Positions 23,401-35,789 of a stretch of 64,000 nt of DNA are shown one piece after another. Every line of letters starts with the position of its first letter. Positions within the stretch are counted from its first letter, which is position 1. The stretch is from Macrostomum lignano (taxonomy: Eukaryota). The notes beneath the pieces are model-generated. The model was not told where the DNA came from, made no database searches, and saw only the letters and a program-made list of their open reading frames with translations. Location of the stretch: contig NIVC01003656.1 of the NCBI GenBank assembly GCA_002269645.1, forward strand, positions 39,997 to 103,996. The letters run 5' to 3'. The translations under genes were made by a program, and so were the position numbers.

Positions 23401-26400
23401 AGCCTTAAGGATCTGGGAGGATGACACTTCAAGCCTTGAGGATCTGGGAGAACAACACCTCAAGCCTTAAGGATCTGGGAGGATGACACTTCAAGCCTTG
23501 AGGATCTGGGAGAACAGCACCTCAAGCTTTGAGGATCTGGGAGAACAACACCTCAAGCCTTAGGGATCTGGGAGGATGACACTTCAAGCCTTGAGGATCT
23601 GGGAGAACAACACTTCAAGCCTTGAGGATCTGGGAGAACAACACCTCAAGCCTTAAGGATCTGGGAGGACAGCACCTCAAGCCTTGAGGATCTGGGAGAA
23701 CAGCACCTCAAGCTTTGAGGATCTGGGAGAACAACACCTCAAGCCTTAGGGATCTGGGAAGATGACACTTCAAGCCTTGAGGATCTGGAAGAAAAACACC
23801 TCAAGCCTTAAGGATCTGGGAGGACAACACCTCAAGCCTTAAGGATCTGGGAGGATGAGACTTCAAGCCTTGAGGATCTTGGAGGACAGCACCTCAAGCC
23901 TTAAGGATCTGGGAGGATGACACTTCAAGCCTTGAGGATCTGGGAGAGCAACACCTCAAGCCTTAAGGATCTGGGAGGACGACACTTCAAGCCTTGAGGA
24001 TCTGGGAGGAAAACACCTCAAGCCTTAAGGATCTCGGAGGATGACACTTCAAGCCTTGAGGATCTTGGAGGACAGCACCTCAAGCCTTAAGGATCTGGGA
24101 GGATGACACTTCAAGCCTTGAGGATCTGGGAGGAAAACACCTCAAGCCTTAAGGATCTGGGAGGATGACACTTCAAGCCTTGAGGATCTGGGAGAACAAC
24201 ACCTCAAGCCTTAAGGATCTCGGAGGATGACACTTCAAGCCTTGAGGATCTCGGAGGAAAACACCTCAAGCCTTAAGGATCTCGGAGGATGACACTTCAA
24301 GCCTTAAGGATCTGGGAGGATGACACTTCAAGCCTTGAGGATCTGGGAGAACAACACCTCAAGCCTTAAGGATCTCGGAGGATGACACTTCAAGCCTTGA
24401 GGATCTGGGAGGAAAACACCTCAAGCCTTAAGGATCTCGGAGGATGACACTTCAAGCCTTGAGGATCTTGGAGGACAGCACCTCAAGCCTTAAGGATCTG
24501 GGAGGATGACACTTCAAGCCTTGAGGATCTGGGAGAACAACACCTCAAGCCTTAAGGATCTGGGAGGATGACACTTCAAGCCTTGAGGATCTGGAAGAAA
24601 AACACCTCAAGCCTTAAGGATCTCGGAGGATGACACTTCAAGCCTTGAGGATCTTGGAGGACAGCACCTCAAGCCTTAAGTATCTGGGAGGATGACACTT
24701 CAAGCCTTGAGGATCTGGGAGGAAAACACCTCAAGCCTTAAGGATCTGGGAGGATGACACTTCAAGCCTTGAGGATCTGGGAGAACAACACCTCAAGCCT
24801 TAAGGATCTCGGAGGATGACACTTCAAGCCTTGAGGATCTGGGAGGAAAACACCTCAAGCCTTAAGGATCTCGGAGGATGACACTTCAAGCCTTAAGGAT
24901 CTGGGAGGATGACACTTCAAGCCTTGAGGATCTGGGAGAACAACACCTCAAGCCTTAAGGATCTCGGAGGATGACACTTCAAGCCTTGAGGATCTGGGAG
25001 GAAAACACCTCAAGCCTTAAGGATCTCGGAGGATGACACTTCAAGCCTTGATGATCTTGGAGGACAGCACCTCAAGCCTTAAGGATCTGGGAGGATGACA
25101 CTTCAAGCCTTGAGGATCTGGGAGAACAACACCTCAAGCCTTAAGGATCTGGGAGGATGACACTTCGAGCCTTGAGGATCTGGAAGAAAAACACCTCAAG
25201 CCTTAAGGATCTCGGAGGATGACACTTCAAGCCTTGAGGATCTTGGAGGACAGCACCTCAAGCCTTAAGGATCTAGGAGGATGACACTTCAAGCCTTGAG
25301 GATCTGGGAGAACAACACCTCAAGCCTTAAGGATCTGGGAGGATGACACTTCAAGCCTTGAGGATCTGGAAGAAAAACACCTCAAGCCTTAAGGATCTGG
25401 GAGAACAACACCTCAAGCCTTAAGGATCTCGGAGGATGACACTTCAAGCCTTGAGGATCTTGGAGGACAGCACCTCAAGCCTTAAGGATCTCGGAGGATG
25501 ACACTTCAAGCCTTGAGGATCTGGGAGGACAGCACCTCAAGCCTTAAGGATCTCGGAGGATGACACTTCAAGCCTTGAGGATCTGGGAGGAAAACATCTG
25601 AAGTCTTGAGGATCTGGGAGGATGACACTTCAAGCCTTGAGGATCTGGGAGGAAAACACCTTAAGCCTTAAGGATCTCGGAGGATGACACTTCAAGCCTT
25701 GAGGATCTGGGAGGAAAACACCTCAAGCCTTAAGGATCTCGGAGGATGACACTTCAAGCCTTGAGGATCTGGGAGGAAAACATCTGAAGTCTTGAGGATC
25801 TGGGAGGATGACACTTCAAGCCTTGAGGATCTGGGAGGAAAACACCTCAAGCCTTAAGGATCTCGGAGGATGACACTTCAAGCCTTGAGGATCTGGGAGG
25901 AAAACACCTCAAGCCTTAAGGATCTCGGAGGATGACACTACAAGCCTTGAGGATCTGGGAGAACAACACCTCAAGCCTTAAGGATCTGGGAGGATGACAC
26001 TTCAAGCCTTGAGGATCTTGGAGGACAGCACCTCAAGCCTTAAGGATCTGGGAGGATGACACTTCAAGCCTTGAGGATCTTGGAGGATGACACTTCAAGC
26101 CTTGAGGATTTTGGAGGACAGCACCTCAAGCCTGGAGGATCTAATGAGTGAGAATGACACATGAAAACTTTGGGATATACGATGGTCCAGCAACAGAGGA
26201 TCTGCAGGGGAGGGCGGAGCCTGGGAATCTGGGACAACAACAAAGCAGGTAAAAAATCGCCCCTCAGCGGCAGACCTCGAAGACCAGGCCCTCGTGACCG
26301 CTCAGGTAGGGCCGAACATCCCTATAGAACTCGTCCGGGTCAAGCAGGCGGCCAAAATCGTCAAACCTGGCGGTCAGGCCGGCCAGGCAGTCGGCCAGCC

Positions 26401-27010
26401 GATCGAGGAGGTCGGCGGCTTCGTCTGGTCGGCGGGCCTCGGCGCCGCGGAGCAGCAGCGGCGTAGCGCGCGCAAAGTCCAGCTCGAATGCGCACGTGAC
26501 GAGAACGAAGGCGCGAAAGGCCGAGGACGGCCCGGGCTGGCAGAGCAGCCGCAGGTGCTCGGGCCGGCCAGACCAGGCGGAGTCGGGCAAGGCGCAGTTC
26601 GCCAGAGCCAGGGTGGCGTGGCCAACTGTGGGCTTCAGGCCGAGACTCTCGGCCACCCGAAGCAGCGGCCGGGCCAGCTGGGCGGGCAGACGGTTTGGCG
26701 CCCGGGACTCGCCCCGGTGCCACAGGTAAGAAGCGGTGATGCAGGTGAGGCACAGGTGCAGCCGGCAGCGGGTCTCCAGGCTCCAGGCGGTGGCCATCTC
26801 CATCAGCGCATGGTCAGATGGCACGACAAGGTCAGCCACAGCTAATTGAAGGTCAGCGGAGGCCTTGTCAGTGTCTGGCTGGGACAGTATTGGCACAATG
26901 GCACTGGCTAGGCGGTCATAGGCCTGCCAGGCTGGGGGAAGCTGACAGCATGGCTGCTCCAGCACAAAGCCAGTCTTGCTGCTGATCTGATACTCTGCCA
27001 GGGTGCGCAT
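20439..27010 (-). CDS. IDO: Indoleamine 2,3-dioxygenase (IDO family), 403 aa, 3 coding exons
   Basis: Exons 27010-26276, 21025-20877 and 20766-20439 (735+149+328=1212 nt; phases 0 and 2 fit). Family motifs: EYQISSKTGFVL, FVLVT, FYRDVRPYLSG, GLVFEG, SGGSAAQS, proximal heme His in FRKRHIGLVSRYI, and GTGG..L..FLKEVRD. Confidence 0.93.
21113..26142. repeat. 31-bp satellite, about 162 copies, with 62-bp dimer and larger higher-order structure; fills IDO intron 1
   Basis: Monomer AAGCCTT(G/A)AGGATCT(G/C)GGAG(GATGACACTTC/AACAACACCTC). A block of rare variants recurs at offset 2015 bp (65 x 31). Confidence 0.97.
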
Positions 27011-27176
27011 GCCTGACTGCCTGAAAGTTTTCCAATCAATGAAGGTCAAATCTTCAAAGTTTAAATGGAAGAAAAAAGCAAAAGAAAAAAGCATAGTAGA
27101 GTTTATATGCCTAATAAGAAATAAAATAAGGGCCACTATACACTTATGTGAGTCCATGTGTGTGCATATGATTGTA

Positions 27177-27201
27177 TACATATATATATATATATATATA
27201 T
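27177..27201. repeat. (TA)n microsatellite upstream of IDO
   Basis: Read directly. Confidence 0.9.
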
Positions 27202-28039
27202 GCACTTGTGTGCCTACTTAGAGAAGTTGCTAGAATAGGCAATAATGCCTGTTGCTAGTTGTGTAATAATCAGGGGAGTAGCCAAAGGAGAAGAGACACT
27301 GGGGACATGTCCCTCACCTGAAAAGAGAAAATTATTTTTATTGCCTTTGTATTTTGCTTCTATTGCCAACATCAGAGATGGATTAATGTCTCTGTCCCCC
27401 TCCCTTGACATGAATCCTGGCTATGTGCCTAGTAAAAATCAATGTTGGGCAATAGTTTGTTAATCTATAATCAATTAATAATCCAGTAATAAGCATTAAC
27501 AAGCGTTAAGATTTTTCATTAACATTAATGGACTGCTATTAAGATTTTTTTGCACTAGCAGATTAATGAATTTGCATTAATAATTTTGTAAGTTAACAAC
27601 AAATTCATCATTAATATTAATGATAATGTCAATGACCAGACACAAAGAAAGAACAAAAATATAAGTCTAATGAGAAGTTACTCATTAGAGTCTCATGAGA
27701 AGTTAATGATGAGAATCTATCTAATGCCTAATTAATCTCTTTGTTTATCAAATGATCATGCAAATGTAACAACTTCTTACTAATGAACTTAATTAATAAT
27801 GCTAGTGCCTAAGCATTGATTGCTTTGATTCATTTCTTTCCCAATCTTTTATAACTTTATGCTGCGCCTGCTAATGCTACTGAAACAGCCCTCCTATTTG
27901 TATTCTATTATTAACTAATTAGCTTTCAATTTTCAAATAAATAAGTTGCTTCTTTTTCCATATGCTTACTTTTAGTAGTATTATGCATACAAGTTTTTTA
28001 ATTAATTATTTATTACTTTTTAAATAGTAATTATTATAC

Positions 28040-28362
28040 GCGAGAGTGAGCCCTGGACGCGCTTTACCGATTGCTGCTGCACTACGTGCTGGGCGTGCAC
28101 TATCCGGATTGCCTGCCGACCAACACTCTGATGGCCCGCGCCGGAACTCCACCCCTGAGTGCCATACTGTGCCGGCACTGCCAGATGCTGCTGGGCCACT
28201 GCCTACGGACCCTGGGTCGCAGCACGCCCGTCCCTCTGGCCCTGGCCATGCTGCACCAGCCGACCAAACAATTGCGCCGTGGCCAGGCTTGCACTGCCAC
28301 CCTAATGAACTGCCTCATTGCGGACCTGCAGGCGCTTGAGCTGACCCCTCAGGCTGCTGCTT
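28040..28362 (+). mobile_element. Degenerate non-LTR retrotransposon fragment (RTE-like post-RT C-terminal region)
   Basis: LDALYRLLLHYVLGVHYPD..TNTLMARAGTPPLSAIL..HCQMLLGHCLR...HQPTKQLRRGQ resembles the C-terminal region of RTE-clade ORFs. No RT core is present. Confidence 0.6.
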
Positions 28363-28363
28363 C

Positions 28364-28760
28364 TTTTTTTTTTTTCTTCACTCCGACCTCCGACCGCCCG
28401 CAGGCGGCCGGGGCGGGGCCAGGTGGCTGCCGCCAGGGTCGTTGATGGGCAGCTTGGTCCGACCCACCCTCTTGAGGTAGTCACAGATGAGGGCGCCGCC
28501 ACCCTCGAGAACGTTGTTCCAGGAAATGACCACCCTGCCCCAGGTGCGGATGCAGGCCTGGTGGTGGCAGGGGCAGTAGAGCATAAGATGATCGACCGAG
28601 TCCGGTTCTCCGCAGTCAGCGCATCGGTCATTCTGAGCGAGGCCGAACCAAAACAGGGTGTCGCGAGTCAGGGGGGATTTCTTAGTGCGGTCAGGCTGCT
28701 GCTGCCTGCCCCTCCCGCCTGTTCTGCGAACGCGTGCGCACAAGGGGCCTCCCCTCTGCG
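28364..28760 (-). mobile_element. 5'-truncated LINE 3' end with CCHC zinc knuckle and A-rich tail
   Basis: RTKKSPLTRDTLFWFGLAQNDRCADCGEPDSVDHLMLYCP has the C-x2-C-x8-H-x4-C knuckle typical of I/R1-group ORF2 C-termini. The stop at 28378-28380 is followed directly by an A12 run (T12 at 28364-28375 on +). Confidence 0.7.
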
Positions 28761-30068
28761 TCTTAATATATATATATAACACTAATGCTTTTGCCATAAT
28801 TGGAAGTTAAGATTTTTATTAATGGTGCCCAACACAGGTAAAAATGTCATCTAAAGTATGCCAATGTATAAATAGACAGCCCCCTAGGCCCCTTATCTTT
28901 AACTAAATCATAATTACGAGCTCGTATTCTAGCTTTTACCTAAAAGCATCTAGGTTGTGAAAGGAAAATGTATTTTTAAGCCTAGGGGCCAAGGATTGAA
29001 TGTTTAAGGAGGCCTATTGCTTTAAATATTAGCTATCAAATGATAAAAAACTTTGAAATAGTTAATATCTAATATAAAGTTTAAAACCAATTAACATTAA
29101 CAAAATTAATTTATAGTTTGATATGCTTATTTTTAATCATGATTAAAACAAAGTTATAGTAATCTAATTTGGCTTTAATACCAAAATCAATTTCTTTTAA
29201 GGACCTTATAATCTTACATGATTTATATTGCATAGATTATAATTTATAGACTTGTAATAAATGAATTGCCAAAGCCAACACTTAAATTTTCAATCGAGAG
29301 GTGCTAAATCAGAGCCGGCGAACTCTTACAAAAAATTGATGATTCATATTTATATTAGTTAATTATTAGTCATTAAAACAAGCTTCATTTTAAACTGTCC
29401 AGCAAAATAAACATAAATACATACAGTAAAAAGTACAGTAAAATATAAATAGAATACAAATACAAATTATGCACAATGTGAAATAAGTACATAAATAAGA
29501 TGTAAAGATACATTACAGAATATATCTATAAAATCCTATGAAAATTAATATTATTAAATTATAAATATTCTGTTATTCATCTAAATAGCAATGATAAAAC
29601 ATCATAAGAATGATATTTAATGATATAATTAAGAATGATGCATCTTTTTTTCAAATTAATCATTTAAGTGATAAAGTTGGACCTTTAAGTTGTAAGCTTT
29701 GATTTAAAAAAATGTTATATGTGATAAAAACGTTTTAATGGTGATAAAATTCTAACTAAATTTAGATAAACATTCAAAACTCATAACCAGTTTTTATTAG
29801 GGCCTAGGCTACAATTTAATCTAAAAGTTTAGCAACCTCGAATTCAAGTTTCTAATTTGAAACCAATGCAAAAGCAAGCCACCCTGAACTCTGGCGCAAT
29901 GTTGTGTCTGACTAACTAGTTTGACCACTGACCAGAAGCATGAGGCATGATGAGGCATCATCATGAGATGGTTAATAATTGTTAAGCGTCAAAATCCGAA
30001 TTTTAAGCTTTTTTTCTTGGAATTTCAACAAATTGAGTTCGCGCCATTCTAAAAAACACTAACAATGT

Positions 30069-30326
30069 GGCTTTTCACATTACCGATTCCAGAACCAGAA
30101 TCGGTTCGGATTTCCAAGAAAAAAGCAGTATAACTATTTAACATTGTTGAATGTTCGACTGCCCTAACAGCCTCACTTTGCACAATTTTTCACTTTCTTG
30201 GCTATTGCCATTCAATAATCACAATTCTAAAGCACTAATATATCCCTCTATAGTTTAGGAGACAAAAAGTTATACTTTAAAAATTGGATCTGGTTCTAGA
30301 ACCAGAATAAACAATATGAAAAGGCC
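30069..30326. mobile_element. Possible degenerate Harbinger-like MITE
   Basis: Ends GGCTTTTCACATT and AATATGAAAAGGCC (reverse complement GGCCTTTTCATATT), with subterminal AGAACCAGAAT motifs. TAA follows the right end, but the left TSD is not conserved. Confidence 0.35.
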
Positions 30327-30449
30327 TAATATGACATTTTCATGACTAGGGCATAACAATGAGCTATTGCTTGGTAGATGGCGAACGCATATATGACTTA
30401 AATACGTACCGTTACCGAGAACTAGTTTTGCTTTTATTCAAGCGTGACG

Positions 30450-30602
30450 CAAGGACCACTAGGAGCACTTCGTATATAAGGACGAAACACTCTCGATTCG
30501 TGTAAAAATACTCGTAGTTGAAGGCCGATTTTCGTTCTCGTATACATTATATATAGTGAGATAGATATATTGCATGATTCAACATAAGTCTAGTAGTCCT
30601 TG
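30450..30602. mobile_element. 153-bp hAT-type MITE with 13-bp TIRs and a perfect 8-bp TSD
   Basis: TSD GCGTGACG at 30442-30449 and 30603-30610. TIRs are CAAGGACCACTAG (30450-30462) and CTAGTAGTCCTTG (30590-30602), with 1 mismatch. An 8-bp TSD and a CA start are hAT hallmarks. Confidence 0.82.
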
Positions 30603-31343
30603 GCGTGACGTTGCTTAAATGTCCTCTCCAAAGATAATTAATTTTACGCCCATCAACTCAGTAATAGATAAACATCGTAATATTCATTATATAATATTCG
30701 TAGAATTCATTTATACTACTTTACAGCTTATGTAAGTACAGTATAAAGAGCCGCATCTGTGAGGACTGGGGAATGGCGGTAAAAATAGAAGAATATACAG
30801 AATCGCAGAATTATCTGTACTGAAAATCGCTGCAGAGAACCCATGATGCAAATGGGTATTCTATTAACTCAATTACATGTAACTCGCCGTGGATAATCAT
30901 AATGCACGATCTCCACTCAAGATGTGCACCAACAGACAATATTCAATCTTTAAAATTCGTGCACAGTTTCATATTGACCCGATCCAACTACATGTATAAA
31001 AGTGCACATGCTATGAGAAATTGCTCAAGAAGCCACCGAACCACAACTTGTTTGTGAAGTCTGGTGACTTAACCATATAGATTCGAATTAATTCGAATTT
31101 CTTATTCGATAGTGTCAACCAGAAGAAAGCAAAACGCAATGCCGGGATCGTAGTATGACTGCAAGTGCCTAGACCGCACACAAGAATGGATCAGCGCTAA
31201 ACCCATGTCCCAGCGGGCAGCAGTATGCTAGGTATTAAAAGTATACTTCTGATTGAATAAAAGTTCTTCAGCTGAAAAAACCGAGACGATAGGACACAAA
31301 AATGAATGCATAAAACAGAGAGAATTTTCTGTAGAAAGCTGCG

Positions 31344-33046
31344 TCAGGATGAGGAGGGCTCATCGTCACTGTTCCAAAGTAACTGGAATTGTCGTAGTGA
31401 CTCCAGCGGGTACATGGCCTTGCCCTGGTACTGCTTAGAGATGCACTCCATTGATAGGCAGATGGCCTCATGAACAACCTGCGGCTTTAATGTTCTCAGA
31501 AGGCTTGTGCTGGTTGCCATACCCGGATAGCAGTTAATCTCGATTAGCCACACCTGGGAACAGTCGAAAGAATAGTAATATGATTTTTTAGAACATGTCT
31601 GCACACAGACAGATAGTGACTTAGTTTAAAACATTTTTGGTCAAAGCTTGGGCTCAGACTATCACCGTCTCTCACCCGTCCGCTCGTGTCCAGCATGAAG
31701 TCGCAGCCGAGAAACTCAAAGCAGCCGCCGATGCGGGTCACCTTGGGGTAGGCCGCCCGGCTGACGATGCCCAGCACGGCTCGCATGCTGGGGTGCACTC
31801 GCCGGAACAGGAAGTCCCGCTCAAAACCCGTGCTGTCTCTCCTAGCGTTTAAGTTGTTGTTCATCTGGGCCGGCGTCCAAGTCGATTCGTCGCGTCGTCT
31901 CGTCCACTCCTCGGTCGCCTTGGCAACGGACTGGTTGGTTAGGTGAACGGCCAGATCGTCGGTGGTCTCGGCGTACTGTCTAAGCGACAGGCGGACGAAT
32001 CCCGGATGATAGAAAGCCATCAGGTGGCCGCGCTCTGGGCAAACCAACAGGAGGTAGACGCGGAGGTCGCTTTTCCGGCCGTCTAGCGTGACGGGATTGC
32101 GGATGTACTCCTGCACGATGAGATTGGGCAGGCGGTCGGACAGCTCCAGCAGCTGCTCGCGGCTGCGCACCAGGCAGATGCCTTTGCCGCAGTTCTGCGA
32201 CAGAGGCTTGGCAATCCAGACGCTGTCCTGTTTGAAGCAGGACTCCGCGATGTGATGCAGCTCCTCGTGCGTCAGGTCGAACAGCGTCCTGGGAAGATAG
32301 GCGTCCGAGTTGTAGGCCCGGATGTCGCCGGGGAAGCGAAGATAATTTGGCGCATCTAGCGAGCCGACCGAATTGAGCACGGACTGCTCGTACTGGCGGA
32401 TCAGAGTCTGCAGCAGCTTCTTGTTGTGCAGGCAGATGATGTTGGGCAGGGAGCTGACGAACTGCAGGCCGGTGAACTTGGCCGACTGGCGCCACTCGGT
32501 GATGGATTTGGCCGTGTAGCCGTGGCACCAGAAGAAGCCGGGCTGGTACGGGTGCTGCGTGCGGAAGTTGGCCACACTGGCCCAGCCTAAGTGGTTGAAA
32601 ACCTCCTGGACCCTGAAAAGTTGGCATTGTATTTGGGATCGAATGATAGGCTGTATTGAAGTTCGTCTACCAAGTTTTAGTTAGATAAAGCTGGTTTTCC
32701 AAACTAAATTGCTAATAGCGTAGACTTATCTTTACCTTCACTGGTCCAATTCTCACAAATGCAAAGCTAAAAAGAAACTGAAGCAGCTCAGACTGGACGG
32801 TGCTTACATCGCTTTCCCGTCCGGATAGCTGAGCGAGCAGAAGCCCATGTCCGACAGGAATCCGTTGCGAAACATTTTACTTGTCCAGGCCCTCAGCGGG
32901 TAACTGCCCGTAGCGGGGACATCGTCTGGATAGGATGGAGAAGCCCCTGCAGTGCCGCTAGGCACGGAGAAATCACCTGCTGCTGCAAGTCTGCTGCTGT
33001 TGCGGTTTTTGCTGCTGTTGTTGCTGTTGTTGCTGCTTATCAGTGC
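31344..33046 (-). CDS. TTLL10: Tubulin tyrosine ligase-like protein, TTLL10-like polyglycylase; 5' end unresolved
   Basis: Exons ?(<=33046)-32808, 32612-31676 and 31553-31344 with matching phases (DGKAM|VQEVF; DTSGR|VWLIEIN). ATP-grasp TTL motifs: WIAKP..N.GKGI, VQEYIRNP..LDGRK.DLRVY, HLTN, FEFLGCDFMLD, WLIEIN. The tail GKAMYPLESLRQFQLLWN resembles the TTLL10 C-terminus. An in-frame TAA at 33047-33049 bounds the upstream exon. Confidence 0.82.
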
Positions 33047-33739
33047 TTAGAATGGATGCACTGCTGCTTTTAACACAGGCCATGTTTCAATGACTCTCTT
33101 TGTCTGTTTGATGCTATCAAAAAAATCGACTGTTTTTATGTTATCTTCGAAAAATGGACGCCGTGTATAAGTCAATAAGTATCTGCATTCATAGCCGCGT
33201 TCTTGCATGCGGCAGTTGACATCATTGAGGGTGGATTTCTGGCTCACAGAGCCCCCTACCGCTTGCCATAGACGCTGAGAAGCTGACAGAGACTTGCAAA
33301 AGCTGAGAGGCAGAGCAGAAGCGCTTAAAGATTTCTAAAGAATGTCTTGCACTGATAGTCATGTCGCACTTCCCTCCGCTCTGCAATCCTCTGTACAAGG
33401 CAAACTTTAATATCGTCCGGGACCAGCAGCGGAATTAACATCCGGGATGGCGGGTAGCAGCGAAGGGAAGTTGCTGGCTCGCCCCTTCATCTCCAGGAAG
33501 ACAGACGGATGGGCGGGGATAGAGCATTGTCATGATGGTGTCGTTTGACAGCATATAAAAAGGATTCTTACAGGCTCTAGATTGCAGCTTAGCTGCTACA
33601 CACTAACTGACAGGCAATGTCTGCCCGAGGTTACAAAATGGTCTTTTACGGTAGCCAGTCTAGCAGCCAGTCTGGCCGCTGCTCAGCGCTCGGGTTTGAG
33701 GCGCAAGACACTCGATACTATTCGGTGAGGCTGTCATAG

Positions 33740-33754
33740 TGTCTGTCTGTCTGC

Positions 33755-33797
<43 letters not shown>

Positions 33798-33803
33798 CCT
33801 GCC

Positions 33804-33849
<46 letters not shown>

Positions 33850-33895
33850 CCTGTCTGTCTTAGTGTCTGTCTGTCTGTCTGTCTGTCTGCCTGCC

Positions 33896-33970
<75 letters not shown>
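33740..33970. repeat. (GTCT)n microsatellite, about 230 bp
   Basis: Read directly. Confidence 0.97.
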
Positions 33971-33971
<1 letters not shown>

Positions 33972-34240
33972 AGCGCGCGATACATGCGTCCATCAAATGC
34001 TGACAACTTCAACAGACCCCGGCAAGCGGTCCCAGCAGAGCCAGAAGCGCGGAGTCGCACAGCTGCCCTGGTGGAAAATTCGTCAGCCTCAATTTGAACT
34101 GGGAGCGGGTGCGCTATCTGGAGCAGAAGGTGAGAATGAGATCTATTGAGTGAGTAACAATGGAAACTTTTTATTAAAACTGATGTTTCTTATGCAAATT
34201 ATTTACTTTTAGAGACCAAACGGCGCCAGAAACGAAAGCA

Positions 34241-35741
34241 ATGAGAAGGGGATGCTTAGCCGACGAAGCAAAAAGTTTAACTACCGGAAGCAGCAACCGA
34301 AGCACTCTCACAGACTGGTGAGACTGACTGGCTGCATTAGTTTGATCAAGCGGATTGCCCCACAATAGTCCATCCAGGATGTTGTATTTCAGGCCTGCTG
34401 CTGCTCGGGTCACTGCGCCACATGCTCGAATGCAATGCACGGCTCCGATTGGTCCAGACAGATTGCGTTGCTCAGGTAGCACCTCGTACATAGTGTCATA
34501 AAGTACATAGTACATAAAAACAGGGCCACTGTGCACCCTGCGTGAGTGCCCGCGTGTAAGTATCCGAGCGGACTCACCCACTAATAAGCTGCACTGTTTG
34601 ACCCTCGTCGCTCAGCCTGCACGACTCGGCCCTGCAGCGCCGAGCAGCGGAGCGCCAACGCAGGTCAGAGCTCGCCCGCCAGCTGCTGGACAGTCGGGCC
34701 GCGCTCTCCCAGGTGGACGCAGCGCTGCTGCAGGCCGGCCAGCTCAGCCGTCCGGAGCAGCTGACGCCGTTGCTGTCCGAGCCCACCAGCCGGCTTGTCA
34801 AGCCCGCGGTGCCGATGCGACTGTCGACAACTCAACTGGAGTGCCCGGATTCGGCGAAGGCCTTCGGACGGGCTCGAAGATTCGTGCCGGGGGCTGGCGG
34901 GACCCGCCGGGCCGGCTTTGGTAAGGAGTTGCTCAGGCTGATGGCAGATGGGGTTGGGAGCTCAGGCTGATGGCAGATGGGGTTGGGAGCTCAGGCTGAT
35001 GGGGTGGAGGCTCAGACTGATGGGGTGGAGGCTCAGGCTGATGGGGTGGAGGCTCAGGCTGATGGGGTGGGGGCTCAGGCTGATGGGGTGAGGAGGCTCA
35101 GGCTGATGGCAGATGAGGTGAAGGCTCAGGCTGATAATCTGTGAGGAGTGAGTAGAAAAATCCGTATATAAAGCTTGGTGTAGATACAGTGGAAGAGAAT
35201 TATTTGCTAGTTTCCGCATAAGGTTAAAAGGCTTTATTTATCAGAGAAGCTGAATGAATGGCCATTAGCTTTCTGAATAGGGACTGCTCAGCTCCTAACT
35301 CATCGTCCAATATAAAAGTACTCAAATTTATAAAGGAGAAGTCAAAGCTACATCGCAAAATGATGGTGGGGTTTTTGTACTTGGGAAAAAATAGTAAGCA
35401 AAGCTCTGTGCTGACTATTCCTGTGTTACGGACAGAGAGAAGGGGAGAGATTAAGCGAGAATGAGTCGAAAGACCAAAAGTCTCAATAATTCATGGCACG
35501 AGGTTCACTTCGACTACATGATAAGATTCAGACTCATATTAAAAGTGGAAATTTCTGCATAGTAATTTGATTACTATTGGAGAATTTTTTAATCAATTTA
35601 AATGAGCACTGAGTGAAAATTTCAATTTCAACAAAAAACATTTTTGTTTACGAGAAAATTTAACTGATCGCTACTGAAGCAGCGCACGAGCTGACATCTA
35701 AAGTATTTCATAAAACTCTGATGCCCCATTCTTTTTTCAGC

Positions 35742-35789
<48 letters not shown>

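Noticed and set aside
21113-26142. CRISPR-like array (about 30-bp partly palindromic repeats)
   Set aside because: The monomers are head to tail with no unique spacers, there are no cas genes, and the context is a eukaryotic intron. The same applies to the other ~30-bp arrays.
34095-34097. In-frame TGA read as selenocysteine
   Set aside because: There is no selenoprotein-like context and I could not identify a SECIS. A uORF or sequencing error is simpler.
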